The position numbers and the translations under genes are program-made. DNA of 64,000 bases. Source: an uncultured delta proteobacterium (lineage in GTDB: Bacteria > Myxococcota_A > Polyangia > Polyangiales > Polyangiaceae). The notes under the pieces were generated by a model. It searched no databases and was not told the origin of the DNA. It worked only from the letters and a program-made list of their open reading frames with translations. The stretch spans positions 5,344,001-5,408,000 of the forward strand of contig CAWDXG010000004.1 of NCBI GenBank assembly GCA_963806225.1, in the 5' to 3' direction. Position 1 is the stretch's first letter. Every line of letters starts with the position of its first letter. Shown here one piece after another: positions 27,371-36,938 of this stretch.

Positions 27371-28428
27371 GAGCCGTCCGTAGAGGGTTTCGAAATGCGT
27401 ACGGCCATGCCGTCGGCGAGGCTGGAGCGGCCGACGGTGGCGACGTGCTGTCCGGGCGACAGCCCCTTCTCCACTTCGACAAGATGCTGGCCGCGGATGC
27501 CGAGCGTGACCTCCTTCCAGTGCGCGTGACCCTTGTCGATAACGTACACGCCGGTCTTGCCGCCATGATCGAGCAGCGCCTCGCGCGGGATCCGCACGGC
27601 GTTGTCATGGGCCTGGACCACAACGTCCACTCGTACGGCGAGCCCGGTCGCCATCCAGTCGGGCGCCGCGGGAACGTTGATCACGCCTTGAACCAGCTGG
27701 GTGGCGGGATCGACCACGCGATGCATGGTGGAAAGCCGAGCCTTAACCCGGGCGCCACGGGGACCGCGGTAGACCGGTTCGAGCCACACGGTCAGTCCGG
27801 CCTCCAGCTCGGCGAGATTCTCGACCTCGAAGCCGGCGCGGACGGTCATGTCCCGGCCCGCAGCAAGCACAACCGCGGGCTTGCCCGCCGGCACCACATC
27901 GCCGCGCTGCACCAGGACCGCGGCCACGACTCCATCCATGGACGCGCGAAGGCGCGCACCGCCCGCGCCGCCGCCTCCCAGCGCCCTGAGCCCGGCCACA
28001 GCCGCCGCCGATTGCTTCTCGGCGTTCTGCAGATCCTGGTTGGTGGCCAGCTTCTCGTCGACCAGGTGCTGCACCCGGGCGAGCTCGCGCTTGGCGAACT
28101 CGGCTTCGATGCGCGCCTGCTGGACCTCGGGCGAACCACTCGGCATCGGCCCGACTGTGAGCAGCGTATCGCCCTTCTTGACCGTCTGGCCCGCGATCAC
28201 CGCGACGCCGAGCACCTGCCCGGGCTTGATGACCGCGACGCTGCGTTGGCGATCCGACGCGAATTCGACTGTGCCGTAGGTTTCGATGATGCGTTCGACG
28301 TGTCCGCGGCTGACGGCCCCGATCTCGATGGCGGCGTTCGGCGCGGAGGAGCTCTCGTTGGAGCCGGTGCTGCTGGCGTGACATCCGGCGAGCGCCGCGA
28401 ACAGCAACCCGGCAAGCAGGCGTTTCAT
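27367..28428 (-). CDS. RND periplasmic adaptor (MFP) lipoprotein
   Basis: Lipobox LAGC, GQTVKKGDTLL, GLSPGQHV. Confidence 0.9.
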   Translation of the reverse strand: MKRLLAGLLFAALAGCHASSTGSNESSSAPNAAIEIGAVSRGHVERIIETYGTVEFASDRQRSVAVIKPGQVLGVAVIAGQTVKKGDTLLTVGPMPSGSPEVQQARIEAEFAKRELARVQHLVDEKLATNQDLQNAEKQSAAAVAGLRALGGGGAGGARLRASMDGVVAAVLVQRGDVVPAGKPAVVLAAGRDMTVRAGFEVENLAELEAGLTVWLEPVYRGPRGARVKARLSTMHRVVDPATQLVQGVINVPAAPDWMATGLAVRVDVVVQAHDNAVRIPREALLDHGGKTGVYVIDKGHAHWKEVTLGIRGQHLVEVEKGLSPGQHVATVGRSSLADGMAVRISKPSTDGS

Positions 28429-29819
28429 GGCGCGCTCCTCGAGCCGAGCGGGCCGCCGCAGGCCGTCTGCAGGCCGACCTCGGCTTCAGCCAGCGCCTGC
28501 GACAGGTTTGCCTGCTCGAGCCGCTGGTTGAACAGGGCGGTACGCACCGTCTGGTACGAGAGGCGATCGAGATCGCCTCTTGCCACGGCGGCGCGTTCCT
28601 GCTGTTCGATGTTCGTGAGCCCGGGGATCGACGCCTTGACCTCCGGCAGCTGGCGCCGGAGCAGCGCGGAGAGGCGGCGCAGCCGCCTGAGATCCGCCCG
28701 CGTGGACGCGACGCGCGCGTCGTACTCGAAGCGCAGACGCTGTCGCGTCGCGCGTCCGATCGCCACGCTCCCCTGGTTGCGATTGAACAGCGGCAGCTCG
28801 AAGCTCACGAAGCCCCCGATGAACTGCAGCGCGGTCTCGTTGCGCTGGTAGTGCACGCCCACGACGATATCCGGGAACTGCTCCAGCACCGCCTGCCGGA
28901 CGCGCTCCTGCCCGGCCACGTAACCGCGGCGTAGCGCCTGGAGGTCGAGCCGGTGCGCGAGACACGCGTCCAGCACCGTGGCGTCGGTCCGGGGCGCAGA
29001 GCCGGGCGTGGTCGGCGCCGTCACCTGGAGCGTGTGCTGGCGCGGCTCGCCGAGTAGCGCCAGGAGGTCGCTCTCGGTGTTCGTCTCGGCTTGCTCGAGG
29101 TCGTGCACGGTCGTGCGCACGCCTTCCAGCGACGCGCGCTGCACGCCGACCTGCCCCAGCGTCGCGTCGCCGGAACTGCTGGCGGCCCGGAGCGCGTCGG
29201 CGAGCTTCTGCTCGAAACCTAGTTCCTCGCGTGCGAGCGCGAGCCGCCGGCGGACCCAGGCGAGCCGCACCGTGAGAAGCCGCGCCTGCTCGGCCACCTG
29301 CCACTCCTGCCAGGCGATGCCCAGATCGATTTGCTCGAGCGATGCCTGGGCAGCCGCGCGACGCGCGCCGCGCGTGACGAACGTGCGCGTGTCGACCGAC
29401 AGGCTCAAGTCGAGCAGGTTCGTCGCGCCCGCTGCGCCGTTCCCATACGGGTGGTCCAGCGCCACGCTGAACACCGGGTTCGGCAGAATGCCGGCGTCGA
29501 TGAGCTGCGCACGGCCGACGTCGTGCTCGCTGCGTGCCGCGACCAGGTCAGGGTCGAGCAGCACGGCCAGCACCGCCGCCTCGTCCGGATCGAGCCCGTC
29601 GGAGAGGTCGACGCGCACCGGCGCGAGCGCCTGGTGCTTCAGCTCCTCGGCACGGACTTTGAGCCGTGGCGATTCCAATAGCGGCCGAGGCGGAGGCGCA
29701 GTGACGGGCGGCAACGGCCGTGGATGCAGCGATGCGCAGGCAACTGCAAGCAGAGGTGTTGCCAACGCAGCGGCAGCGCTTCGGCGGTAAAGGGAGCGAT
29801 TTGTAGAAAGGGCGCTCAT
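28425..29819 (-). CDS. TolC-family outer membrane factor
   Basis: Lipobox LAVAC, ELPLFNRNQG; operon with MFP and RND. Confidence 0.87.
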   Translation of the reverse strand: MSALSTNRSLYRRSAAAALATPLLAVACASLHPRPLPPVTAPPPRPLLESPRLKVRAEELKHQALAPVRVDLSDGLDPDEAAVLAVLLDPDLVAARSEHDVGRAQLIDAGILPNPVFSVALDHPYGNGAAGATNLLDLSLSVDTRTFVTRGARRAAAQASLEQIDLGIAWQEWQVAEQARLLTVRLAWVRRRLALAREELGFEQKLADALRAASSSGDATLGQVGVQRASLEGVRTTVHDLEQAETNTESDLLALLGEPRQHTLQVTAPTTPGSAPRTDATVLDACLAHRLDLQALRRGYVAGQERVRQAVLEQFPDIVVGVHYQRNETALQFIGGFVSFELPLFNRNQGSVAIGRATRQRLRFEYDARVASTRADLRRLRRLSALLRRQLPEVKASIPGLTNIEQQERAAVARGDLDRLSYQTVRTALFNQRLEQANLSQALAEAEVGLQTACGGPLGSRSAP

Positions 29820-29829
29820 GGGAGTCCGA

Positions 29830-30942
29830 CTATCGCCGATTCTGCGGCGCGCCTGGAGCAGGCAGAGCGAGGGTAAAACGAGCGCCGGCGCCGGGTGCGT
29901 CGCCCACCTCCAGCCGCCCGCCGTGGTGTTCTGCGATTCGCTTGGCGATGGCGAGGCCCAGGCCGGCGCCATCGCCGAGTGCCCCGCTCCCCCTCGTGTG
30001 GGGCGCAAAGATAGCGTCGCGTTGTTCCCGCGGGACACCGGGTCCGGTGTCGTCGACGTGCGTTCGCACCTCGTCGTCCGTTTTCTCGATGGAGAGTGTG
30101 ACCCGCCCCGCCGGGCCCGCGTAGCGAAGGGCGTTGTCGAGCAGGTTGGATAGTGCGATGAGGAGCGCGTCGGCATCGCCGTCGACCTGGACCGGTCCCG
30201 CTGCTGGCTCGATGACGAGGGTAGGGCTTGCTCCCTCACGCTCCTGTCGTGTGGAAACCGCGCTGTCGACGATGGCGATCAAGTCGACGGGCCGCGCGCC
30301 GGCAGGCGGAGCGGCGTCGGCGCGGGCAAGGCGGAGCATCGCGCTGACGAGCTTCGCGAGCCGTCGGGTCTCATCCAGGGTTGTGCGGGCTGTGGCTTCC
30401 CATTCCCCGGGCGTCCGCGTTCTCCTGAGAGCGACTTCGAGCTGGCTCGCAACGACGGACAGGGGCGTTCTGAGCTCGTGGGAAACATCGTCAGCGAACC
30501 GAGCCAGCGAAGCGCTTCCCTGCTCCAGCCGGTCGAAGAGCTGGTTGAGCGCCGTGACAAGCTGCGCGAGCTCGTCATCGCCTGGCGGCACCGGGAGCCG
30601 GCGGTCGAGATGCTGGGCAGTCATGCCTTCCGCCGCGCTGATCACGTCGTCCACCGGCTCCAGCGCCCGCCGCGTGACCCAGAGTGCACCGCCCACCGCG
30701 AGACCGACGCCAACCGGGGCAGCAAAGGCCATCGCGAACAGCACCTCTTCGAGCACGGCGCCCGGCGTGTCATCCGACTCGGCGGTGGCGGCCTGTCCTG
30801 GCGGGTCGTCATGCGCTTCCTGCCAGGCGACCGCAAAGAACGCGACGACTGCGAACACGACCAGAGCCGCCGCGGTGGAGACGCCGACCCATCCGCTGAT
30901 GCGGCGCGCCAGGCCGCCACTGCCCGGCCGCATGTCAGCCAC
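29830..30942 (-). CDS. HAMP sensor histidine kinase
   Basis: SHELRTPL, NLLDNALRY, GAGLGLAI; short acidic periplasmic loop. Confidence 0.92.
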   Translation of the reverse strand: MADMRPGSGGLARRISGWVGVSTAAALVVFAVVAFFAVAWQEAHDDPPGQAATAESDDTPGAVLEEVLFAMAFAAPVGVGLAVGGALWVTRRALEPVDDVISAAEGMTAQHLDRRLPVPPGDDELAQLVTALNQLFDRLEQGSASLARFADDVSHELRTPLSVVASQLEVALRRTRTPGEWEATARTTLDETRRLAKLVSAMLRLARADAAPPAGARPVDLIAIVDSAVSTRQEREGASPTLVIEPAAGPVQVDGDADALLIALSNLLDNALRYAGPAGRVTLSIEKTDDEVRTHVDDTGPGVPREQRDAIFAPHTRGSGALGDGAGLGLAIAKRIAEHHGGRLEVGDAPGAGARFTLALPAPGAPQNRR

Positions 30943-31612
30943 CAGCGCTCACCGGCACGAGCCGGAACCCTGTGCCGCGGACCGTTTCGATGTGCACGGG
31001 CGCGTCCTGCAACTTGCGGCGCAGGTGTGCGATATGCACGTCGAGCAGATTCGTTCCTGGGTTGAAGTCGTAGCCGAACGCCTCGCGCAGTATCTCCTCC
31101 CGCGACACCACGTCGCCCCGTCGGCGCAGCAGAAGCGTCAACAGCGCATATTCGCGGGGCGACAGGTTGATCCGCGATCCGGCGGTCGCGACGGTCCGGT
31201 GATCGGCCTCGAGTGACAGCCCGGGCAGTCCGGGCGAGCCACGACGGGGGGCTGCAGCACGACGCAAGAGGGCGCGCATTCGTGCCAGGAGCTCCTCGAA
31301 CGCGAACGGCTTGACCAGATAGTCGTCCGCGCCGCGGTCCAGTGCTGCCACGCGTGAGGTGACCGCGTCCCGGGCGGTCAACACCAGAATCGGTGCGCCG
31401 ATCCCGCTCTTCCTCGCTTCGCTGATCACATCGAGACCGTCAATGTCGGGGAGCCCGAGGTCCAGGACGACCGCGTCCACGTCGTCGGTGCGCAGACGTT
31501 GAAGCGCAGCCCGCCCGAGGCCCGTCGTTTCGACCGTGAACCCTTCCTCCCGTAGCCCTTGTGCGAGTGACGCCGCCAGGCGGGCGTTGTCCTCGACGAT
31601 GAGAGCGTCCAT
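30935..31612 (-). CDS. OmpR-family response regulator
   Basis: LIVED, LDLGLPDIDG, GADDYLVKPF, ETVRGTGF. Confidence 0.92.
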   Translation of the reverse strand: MDALIVEDNARLAASLAQGLREEGFTVETTGLGRAALQRLRTDDVDAVVLDLGLPDIDGLDVISEARKSGIGAPILVLTARDAVTSRVAALDRGADDYLVKPFAFEELLARMRALLRRAAAPRRGSPGLPGLSLEADHRTVATAGSRINLSPREYALLTLLLRRRGDVVSREEILREAFGYDFNPGTNLLDVHIAHLRRKLQDAPVHIETVRGTGFRLVPVSAGG

Positions 31613-31652
31613 GTGTCGATCCGCTAGCATACCCACCAGGTCGCTCGCGTAT

Positions 31653-31669
31653 CTTAATCGACTCTTAAC
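31653..31669. promoter_or_regulatory. OmpR-type direct-repeat box CTTAAT-N5-CTTAAC
   Basis: Hexamer direct repeat with 11-bp period upstream of the response regulator; near-copy at 31847-31863. Confidence 0.55.
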
Positions 31670-31846
31670 GGTCCGCCGTAGCCGGATCCGCCATCCTCGT
31701 CGCATGCGGTTCCGGGACAGCCCTCGCGCCAGCAACGCGGGCGCGATTTCAAGGTAGATGCTGAACAAGGGTCCTGGAAGTCACCCTCTTGTTCTGGTTG
31801 CTGCTCGGCGTCGTGGGCACGCTCATGACGGACAACCTGACCGACC

Positions 31847-31863
31847 GTTCATCGAGTCTTAAC
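31847..31863. promoter_or_regulatory. OmpR-type direct-repeat box GTTCAT-N5-CTTAAC
   Basis: TTCATCGAGTCTTAACG vs TTAATCGACTCTTAACG at 31654; upstream of the PepSY gene. Confidence 0.5.
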
Positions 31864-31917
31864 GAGCCAATCCGCTGGGCGGCTGCATGCTTGTCTACAC
31901 CATGGAGGTATTTCCCA

Positions 31918-32244
31918 ATGCGTAGCAAGCTTTCCAGTATTTGTGTCGCCCTGTCCGTCGGTGTTGCCGTTTCGCTCGTCGCTGTGGCGTCGAGCGCATC
32001 GGGAGCAGCACCTGCTCGCGCCGGAGCCCAACACGCCCACCGCTTCTCGATGGCCCAGGCGAGGAAGACTGCGCTGGCACGGGTGCCAGGCGAGGTGAAG
32101 GCCGAGGAGCTCGAGCACGAAAGCGGCCGCTGGATCTACTCGTTCGAGATCCGGCCGAAGGGCGAAAAGCGCAAGATCATTCGCGAGGTGAACGTCGACG
32201 CCGATACCGGCCGCATCGTCGACGTGTCCACGGAACCGGACTGA
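31918..32244 (+). CDS. secreted PepSY domain protein
   Basis: GGAGGT RBS, signal peptide, ARKTALARVPGEV..ELEHE...YSFEI...EVNVDADTGRIV. Confidence 0.88.
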   Translation: MRSKLSSICVALSVGVAVSLVAVASSASGAAPARAGAQHAHRFSMAQARKTALARVPGEVKAEELEHESGRWIYSFEIRPKGEKRKIIREVNVDADTGRIVDVSTEPD

Positions 32245-32271
32245 TCCGGTCGGCCGTGAAGCGCACGATGC

Positions 32272-33207
32272 TCATCTGCGGGCCTGGCACCCGCAACCCT
32301 GCACCACGGTGTGCCGCGCCTGGCCCTGCTGGGCGGCAGCTGTGCGGCCAGGCGTCTCCTTGTCTGCGAGGGAGAGCACATAGGCCGTGAGGTCCCACAG
32401 CTCATCGGGCGGGGTCCCGGGATGGGCTGGCATCGGCGTGCCCTCGAGACCCGTGAGCAGCGTGCGGTAGACCATGTCCGGATCGTTGCCGGTCCTGAGC
32501 GGCTCGCTCCGGAAATTTCGGGGCGGGTGCCCGGAGAGGCGCAGCGACGCGGCAGCGGGGCCATCGCCGCCTCCGTCGTTGCCGTGGCACGATCCACAGC
32601 CGAGGCGCGCGAAGCTCGCTTGCCCGCGCGCGATCCGCGCGGAAGAACCGAGGTTGGAAGGAACAGGCGGGCGCGCCAGCGGTTTCGCTGGAGGAGCCGC
32701 GAACACCGGCGACAGGGAGCGGACGTACTCGACCAGCGCCCAGCGATCCTTTTCCGGCAGATCCGCGAAAGCGGCCATGCCCGTTCCACGCAGTCCGTTC
32801 GAGATGGTCCGGAACAGATCGGCCCGGGTCGGCGGATCTCCCGCCGGGGTCGATCGATACTTGAAGATGCCGCTCCTCAGGTTGCGGGGCGCCGGATGGA
32901 ACACCGGCGCGCGCGGGCCGTCGCCACGCCCCTCCGCGCCGTGACACTGTACGCAGTACAGTCCGAACAGCGACCTACCGCGCACCACGAGCTGCCGTTC
33001 TGGAAGGCGAGGCTCCCCGGTCTTCGCTCTCCAGCCGATGCGCGAGCCGGCGAGCCAGGACTCCAGCATTGGCCAGCGCGTGAGTCGCTGTGGCGGTGTC
33101 TCGGGGGCCACCGCGACCCCACCGGGACGCGCAGCACCGGGATCGACGATTCCGAGGGCGGCGAGCGCCGCGACAGCACCGAGCCCGAAGAGCAGCTTCA
33201 ACTTCAT
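32272..33207 (-). CDS. diheme c-type cytochrome
   Basis: Signal peptide, CVQCH and CGSCH, GTGM and GTPM axial Met motifs. Confidence 0.88.
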   Translation of the reverse strand: MKLKLLFGLGAVAALAALGIVDPGAARPGGVAVAPETPPQRLTRWPMLESWLAGSRIGWRAKTGEPRLPERQLVVRGRSLFGLYCVQCHGAEGRGDGPRAPVFHPAPRNLRSGIFKYRSTPAGDPPTRADLFRTISNGLRGTGMAAFADLPEKDRWALVEYVRSLSPVFAAPPAKPLARPPVPSNLGSSARIARGQASFARLGCGSCHGNDGGGDGPAAASLRLSGHPPRNFRSEPLRTGNDPDMVYRTLLTGLEGTPMPAHPGTPPDELWDLTAYVLSLADKETPGRTAAAQQGQARHTVVQGCGCQARR

Positions 33208-33318
33208 GGGTCTTCCGCCAGCAAGTGTCGTGCCGCCCTCTGGCCAACGGGAAATCCGCAACCCGAGGCCGGGAAGTGCAGACTATTGTCGAGCGGGCGA
33301 TCGGATTCGCGCTCCGCG

Positions 33319-34398
33319 TCATGTGCCGGCCGGCTTCATGATGCGCAGTACCGGCTTGCCTGCCGGCCCTTTCTCGAGCGGGAAGAACACATGGTGGGTC
33401 GCCGGATCGACCGCCACGGAGTGACTGGCGTCGCCGGGATGCTCGCTGTCGATGCCCACGAGCCCGGGCTTCTTGATGTCGAAGACCCTCAGGTCACCGC
33501 TCTCCGCCGCGACATAGAGCCAGCCGAGCCCGGGATCGATCGCCAGCACGTCCGGGTCGGCGCCGGACGGCGCGATGTCGACGGCGTGCGACGTACCGAC
33601 AAGAGCGACGCGCACGACCTTCGAGTTCGATTCGCAGGCGACGAACGCGCTACCGCCGTCCGGGTGGATGCAGAGGCCGTGTGCGCCGGAGCAACCGGGC
33701 AGCGGGATGCTCCCCTTCACCTTTGCCGTGAGCGGATCGATCGACACGAGCTGGTTGGGCGGGGATGCCTTCACGACCGTGACCCAGAACACGCCGCGCT
33801 TCGCATCGAAGACAACGTTGCCGGTCTCGGTCCCGAGCGATACCTGCCGGCGGGCACCGCTGCCGGACTTGGCGATGAGCGAGACGGCGCCGTCGCCCTG
33901 ATCGGAGACAGCGACGACCCTGTCCTTCGCATCCCAGCCGTCGCCGTCGGGGGCCGAGCCGGTGGTGACGTGCGCGATCACCTTGAACGAGGTGGCGTCG
34001 AGGATGACGAGCTTGTCCGGAGAGCTCGTGACGAAGATCCGACCGACCTCGTCGGCGACCACGACGCCGCGCGGGGTGGGGATCCCGGGAACGACCTTCA
34101 CGAGCGAGCCGTCGCGCGCCTTGACCACCACGACCGAGGCGCCGTTCATGTGCGCGATGATCAGGTTGCCCCTCGCGGCGTCGAGCGCCTGGTAGTCGAA
34201 CCGGACCGGCTTGCCCGGCAGCGGCACATCCGCCACCCGGACCAGGGGAAGCCACGGCGCGCGGGTGGTCGAGGCGTCGCTCACCGGACTGCTTCCCCGC
34301 GAGCCGCTGTCGTGCGGAGCCGCGCTGCGCGCGTGGGGATGAGAGGTCGGCGTGCACCCGCCCAGGAGCAAGGCAAGCAGCAGTATCCGGCATCTCAT
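33319..34398 (-). CDS. YncE-family beta-propeller lipoprotein
   Basis: Lipobox LGGC, RFDYQALD, repeated blades, HSVAVDPATH. Confidence 0.82.
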   Translation of the reverse strand: MRCRILLLALLLGGCTPTSHPHARSAAPHDSGSRGSSPVSDASTTRAPWLPLVRVADVPLPGKPVRFDYQALDAARGNLIIAHMNGASVVVVKARDGSLVKVVPGIPTPRGVVVADEVGRIFVTSSPDKLVILDATSFKVIAHVTTGSAPDGDGWDAKDRVVAVSDQGDGAVSLIAKSGSGARRQVSLGTETGNVVFDAKRGVFWVTVVKASPPNQLVSIDPLTAKVKGSIPLPGCSGAHGLCIHPDGGSAFVACESNSKVVRVALVGTSHAVDIAPSGADPDVLAIDPGLGWLYVAAESGDLRVFDIKKPGLVGIDSEHPGDASHSVAVDPATHHVFFPLEKGPAGKPVLRIMKPAGT

Positions 34399-34409
34399 GG
34401 CGGCTCTCT

Positions 34410-34545
34410 CCAGGAAGCATAGCCCGGTGAGCCAGGCGGACGAGCGGCAGCACATGCTCGACGCGAAAATCGTCCGGAATCGGGCGGAGCTCGCCAGGCG
34501 AGCCGGCGTGTCCGCGATGTGGGTGACGCACGTGCTGGCGCTCTC
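34410..34545 (+). pseudogene. HTH gene remnant of the type often found beside island recombinases
   Basis: RKHSPVSQADERQHMLDAKIVRNRAELARRAGVSAMWVTHVLAL resembles the 'AELARxxGVSRARVTQIL' HTH pattern. Confidence 0.4.
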
Positions 34546-34570
34546 CGATGAAGCCCCGCTGCGACGCCGT

Positions 34571-35570
34571 CTACGGCGGTATCGGCACGGTCTGGCATTG
34601 CCAGCTCAGTCCGGGGTCGTCGAGGTTGGTGACGACGACACGTGGCTCGCCCTTCGCCTTGTCGAGCCAGGTGTGGACGAGCTGGGAGCCGTAGGCGGCC
34701 TTGTAGCTCATGGGCGCGCTGGCCAGCTCGCACTTCTTCCCGGTGGACAGATCGAAACGCACCAGCGTGGTCGCCAGATAGTACAGGTCCTGCGCCTGGC
34801 TCGGGTTCTGGTTCGGGCCGTCGGGGGGCTGGTTCCAGTAGACATACTGGCCGTCGACCGCCGGGTAGATCTTGCCGTGAGGCGTTGCCGGCGAATCGTA
34901 GGTGATGCGGCGCGTCTTGTGCGCCGCCAGATCACGCAGGTACACCTCGCCGCCGCTGCGCTGGAACAAGTCGGTCGAGCTCTGGCCCGGCGGATCGCGG
35001 TAGTCGATCCAAACGAACTGGGTCCGGTCCGGCGAGCAGAAGCCTTCCAGCTGCAGGGCGCCGCCGTAGTCCAGGTAGCCCGCCTTGCCAGTGTCGAGAT
35101 CGACGTCGTAGATGACACCCGAGTCCGCGTCCGCACACACCAGCTCGTGTTCTGTGGCGCAGATGTCGTGACAGACGAAGCTGCCGGGCATGAGCAGCTT
35201 GATCTGGCCGGTTTCGAGATCGCGGCTCATCAGCCCCTCGCCGTCCATGGCCCAGAAGACGTAGCGGGAGTCCAGTGCCGTACGGGTAACGTTGTTCTTG
35301 CCGGCGTCGGCGGACGTGTACTTGTAGGCAATCTTCCTTTCGCCGGTGATCAGATCCATGACCTCGACCTGGCCGTTGCCGGGGCCGAAGTTGTGGAGGA
35401 ACGCCACCTTCTGACCTGTGACGTACAGTTCCAACTGTGTGTCGTTCGACGTGGGGTTGGGGCCTATCACCGTCGTTTCGGTCGAGTCGACGAGACTCAT
35501 CAGCGGACCGATCTGCACCCCTTCGTTGACCATGTGGGACGTGTCGTAGGAAAACGCGTAGTAGTAGGCG
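34571..35570 (-). pseudogene. 5'-truncated TolB-like beta-propeller protein
   Basis: Blade motifs (ALDSRYVFW, VWIDYR, PAVDGQYVYW); frame continues upstream of the Met at 35533 with no start or signal peptide. Confidence 0.6.
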
Positions 35571-36079
35571 CCGACGGCAGCGTCATGAAGCTTTCCGGCA
35601 CCAAGCTGACGACGCTCGTGTCGGGACAGAGCGCACCCGACGGGATCGCGGTGGACGCGAAGTATGTCTACTGGGTGAACGAAGGCGACGGGACGGTGAA
35701 GAAGGTTCCGCGCGACGGCGGCGCACCGGTCACGCTTGCAACGGGACAGGCTGGACCCCGAGGAGTCGCCGTCGATGCGACCAGCGTGTACCGGCTCGAT
35801 TCGGGGGCCACTTTCAACCAGGGCACGGTCATGAAGGTCGCGCTTGCCGGCGGCTCACCGGTGACCCTCGCGTCGGGGCAGACCCACGTATCGGGCATCA
35901 CCGTGGACGCAGGGAGCGTCTACTGGGCGAGCTCGGTCACGCTGAAGAAAGTCGCCACCGCGGGTGGCGAACCCGCGGTGCTGGCGACGGGCCAGGACGA
36001 AATCTATGACATCGCGGTCGACGCAACCAGCGCCTACTGGACGACCCCCTCCGCCGTCATGAAGCTCACGCCGAAGTGA
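35568..36079 (+). pseudogene. 5'-truncated myxobacterial beta-propeller repeat protein
   Basis: Four IAVDATSVYW-type repeats, beginning mid-blade at GADGSVMKL. Confidence 0.65.
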
Positions 36080-36142
36080 GTTCACGCAACGCGCGCAGCG
36101 CTGCGAGGGGCGGAGTGATCGCGAATCCAGTATCTTTTTCGG

Positions 36143-36216
36143 TACGCCCGGCAGGATTCGAACCTGCGACCGGCGGCTTAGAAGGCCGCTGCTCTATCCA
36201 GCTGAGCTACGGGCGC
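36143..36216 (-). tRNA. tRNA-Arg(TCT)
   Basis: GCGCCCGTAGCTCAGCTGGATAGAGC...GCGGC-CTTCTAA-GCCGC...GGTTCGAATCC; CCA not encoded (ACCG). Confidence 0.96.
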
Positions 36217-36371
36217 ATGCCGTCCGCGCTGGGCGGGCGGGCCCGCCGAGCCTAGCCCAGGCGGGCTCCAATGGCAGCCAGCGAGGTTCGGTTGCGGGCC
36301 CATGACGGAGCGCAGGGCGTGGGTTCCGCCAGGCTCGCATGGTCCGGGGTGCGGGAGTAAGCTCGGCCGCC

Positions 36372-36914
36372 ATGAGGGGTCTCTACCTGAGCCTGATCGG
36401 TTGTGCGGCGGCCCTGGCCGTCGCCTGCGGTGGGAGCGAGCCTCCCGCGCAATCACCGGAGCCTCCCGCTCCGGCTCCCGAGCCGCCCGCGGCAAGTGCG
36501 CCCGCAGCGTCGGCTACACCCAGCGAGGCAGCTACGGACGACAACGGCGACGACAGCTCGTCGTCCGACGACGGCGACAAGCCCAAGAAGACGGACGAGA
36601 CCGTGGAGCCGAAGTTCACCGAGGGCATGACGGTGGATCAGGCGATCGCCGCGGTGCCGCAGGGGCTACCGCGCGAGAACGTCGACCAGGACGAGCTGTC
36701 CAAGCCGCTCACCGACTTCAAGGTCTACAAGCCCTGCAAGCCGCGGCCGAGCGATCACTTCAAGCTCAAGGTCGCCGTCTGGGACGGCAAGGCCGTCGGC
36801 GTCGACGTCATCACCAAGAACAAGAAGCTCGCCACCTGCATCGACAAGCAGATCCGCGACCTGACCTGGAAGGATCCGGTCAAGTCGCTGAACACGATCG
36901 AGTACGCGTTCTAG
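36372..36914 (+). CDS. lipoprotein with Pro/acidic linker and AgmX/PglI-C-like domain
   Basis: Lipobox LAVAC; C-terminal LATCIDKQIRDLTW. Confidence 0.65.
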   Translation: MRGLYLSLIGCAAALAVACGGSEPPAQSPEPPAPAPEPPAASAPAASATPSEAATDDNGDDSSSSDDGDKPKKTDETVEPKFTEGMTVDQAIAAVPQGLPRENVDQDELSKPLTDFKVYKPCKPRPSDHFKLKVAVWDGKAVGVDVITKNKKLATCIDKQIRDLTWKDPVKSLNTIEYAF

Positions 36915-36938
36915 CTCGCGTGTCCCGGGGCCCGCGGC

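Noticed and set aside
34352..36079. Single 575-aa plus-strand gene
   Set aside because: Composite of an HTH relic, the antisense of the 34571-35570 gene and a truncated propeller tail.
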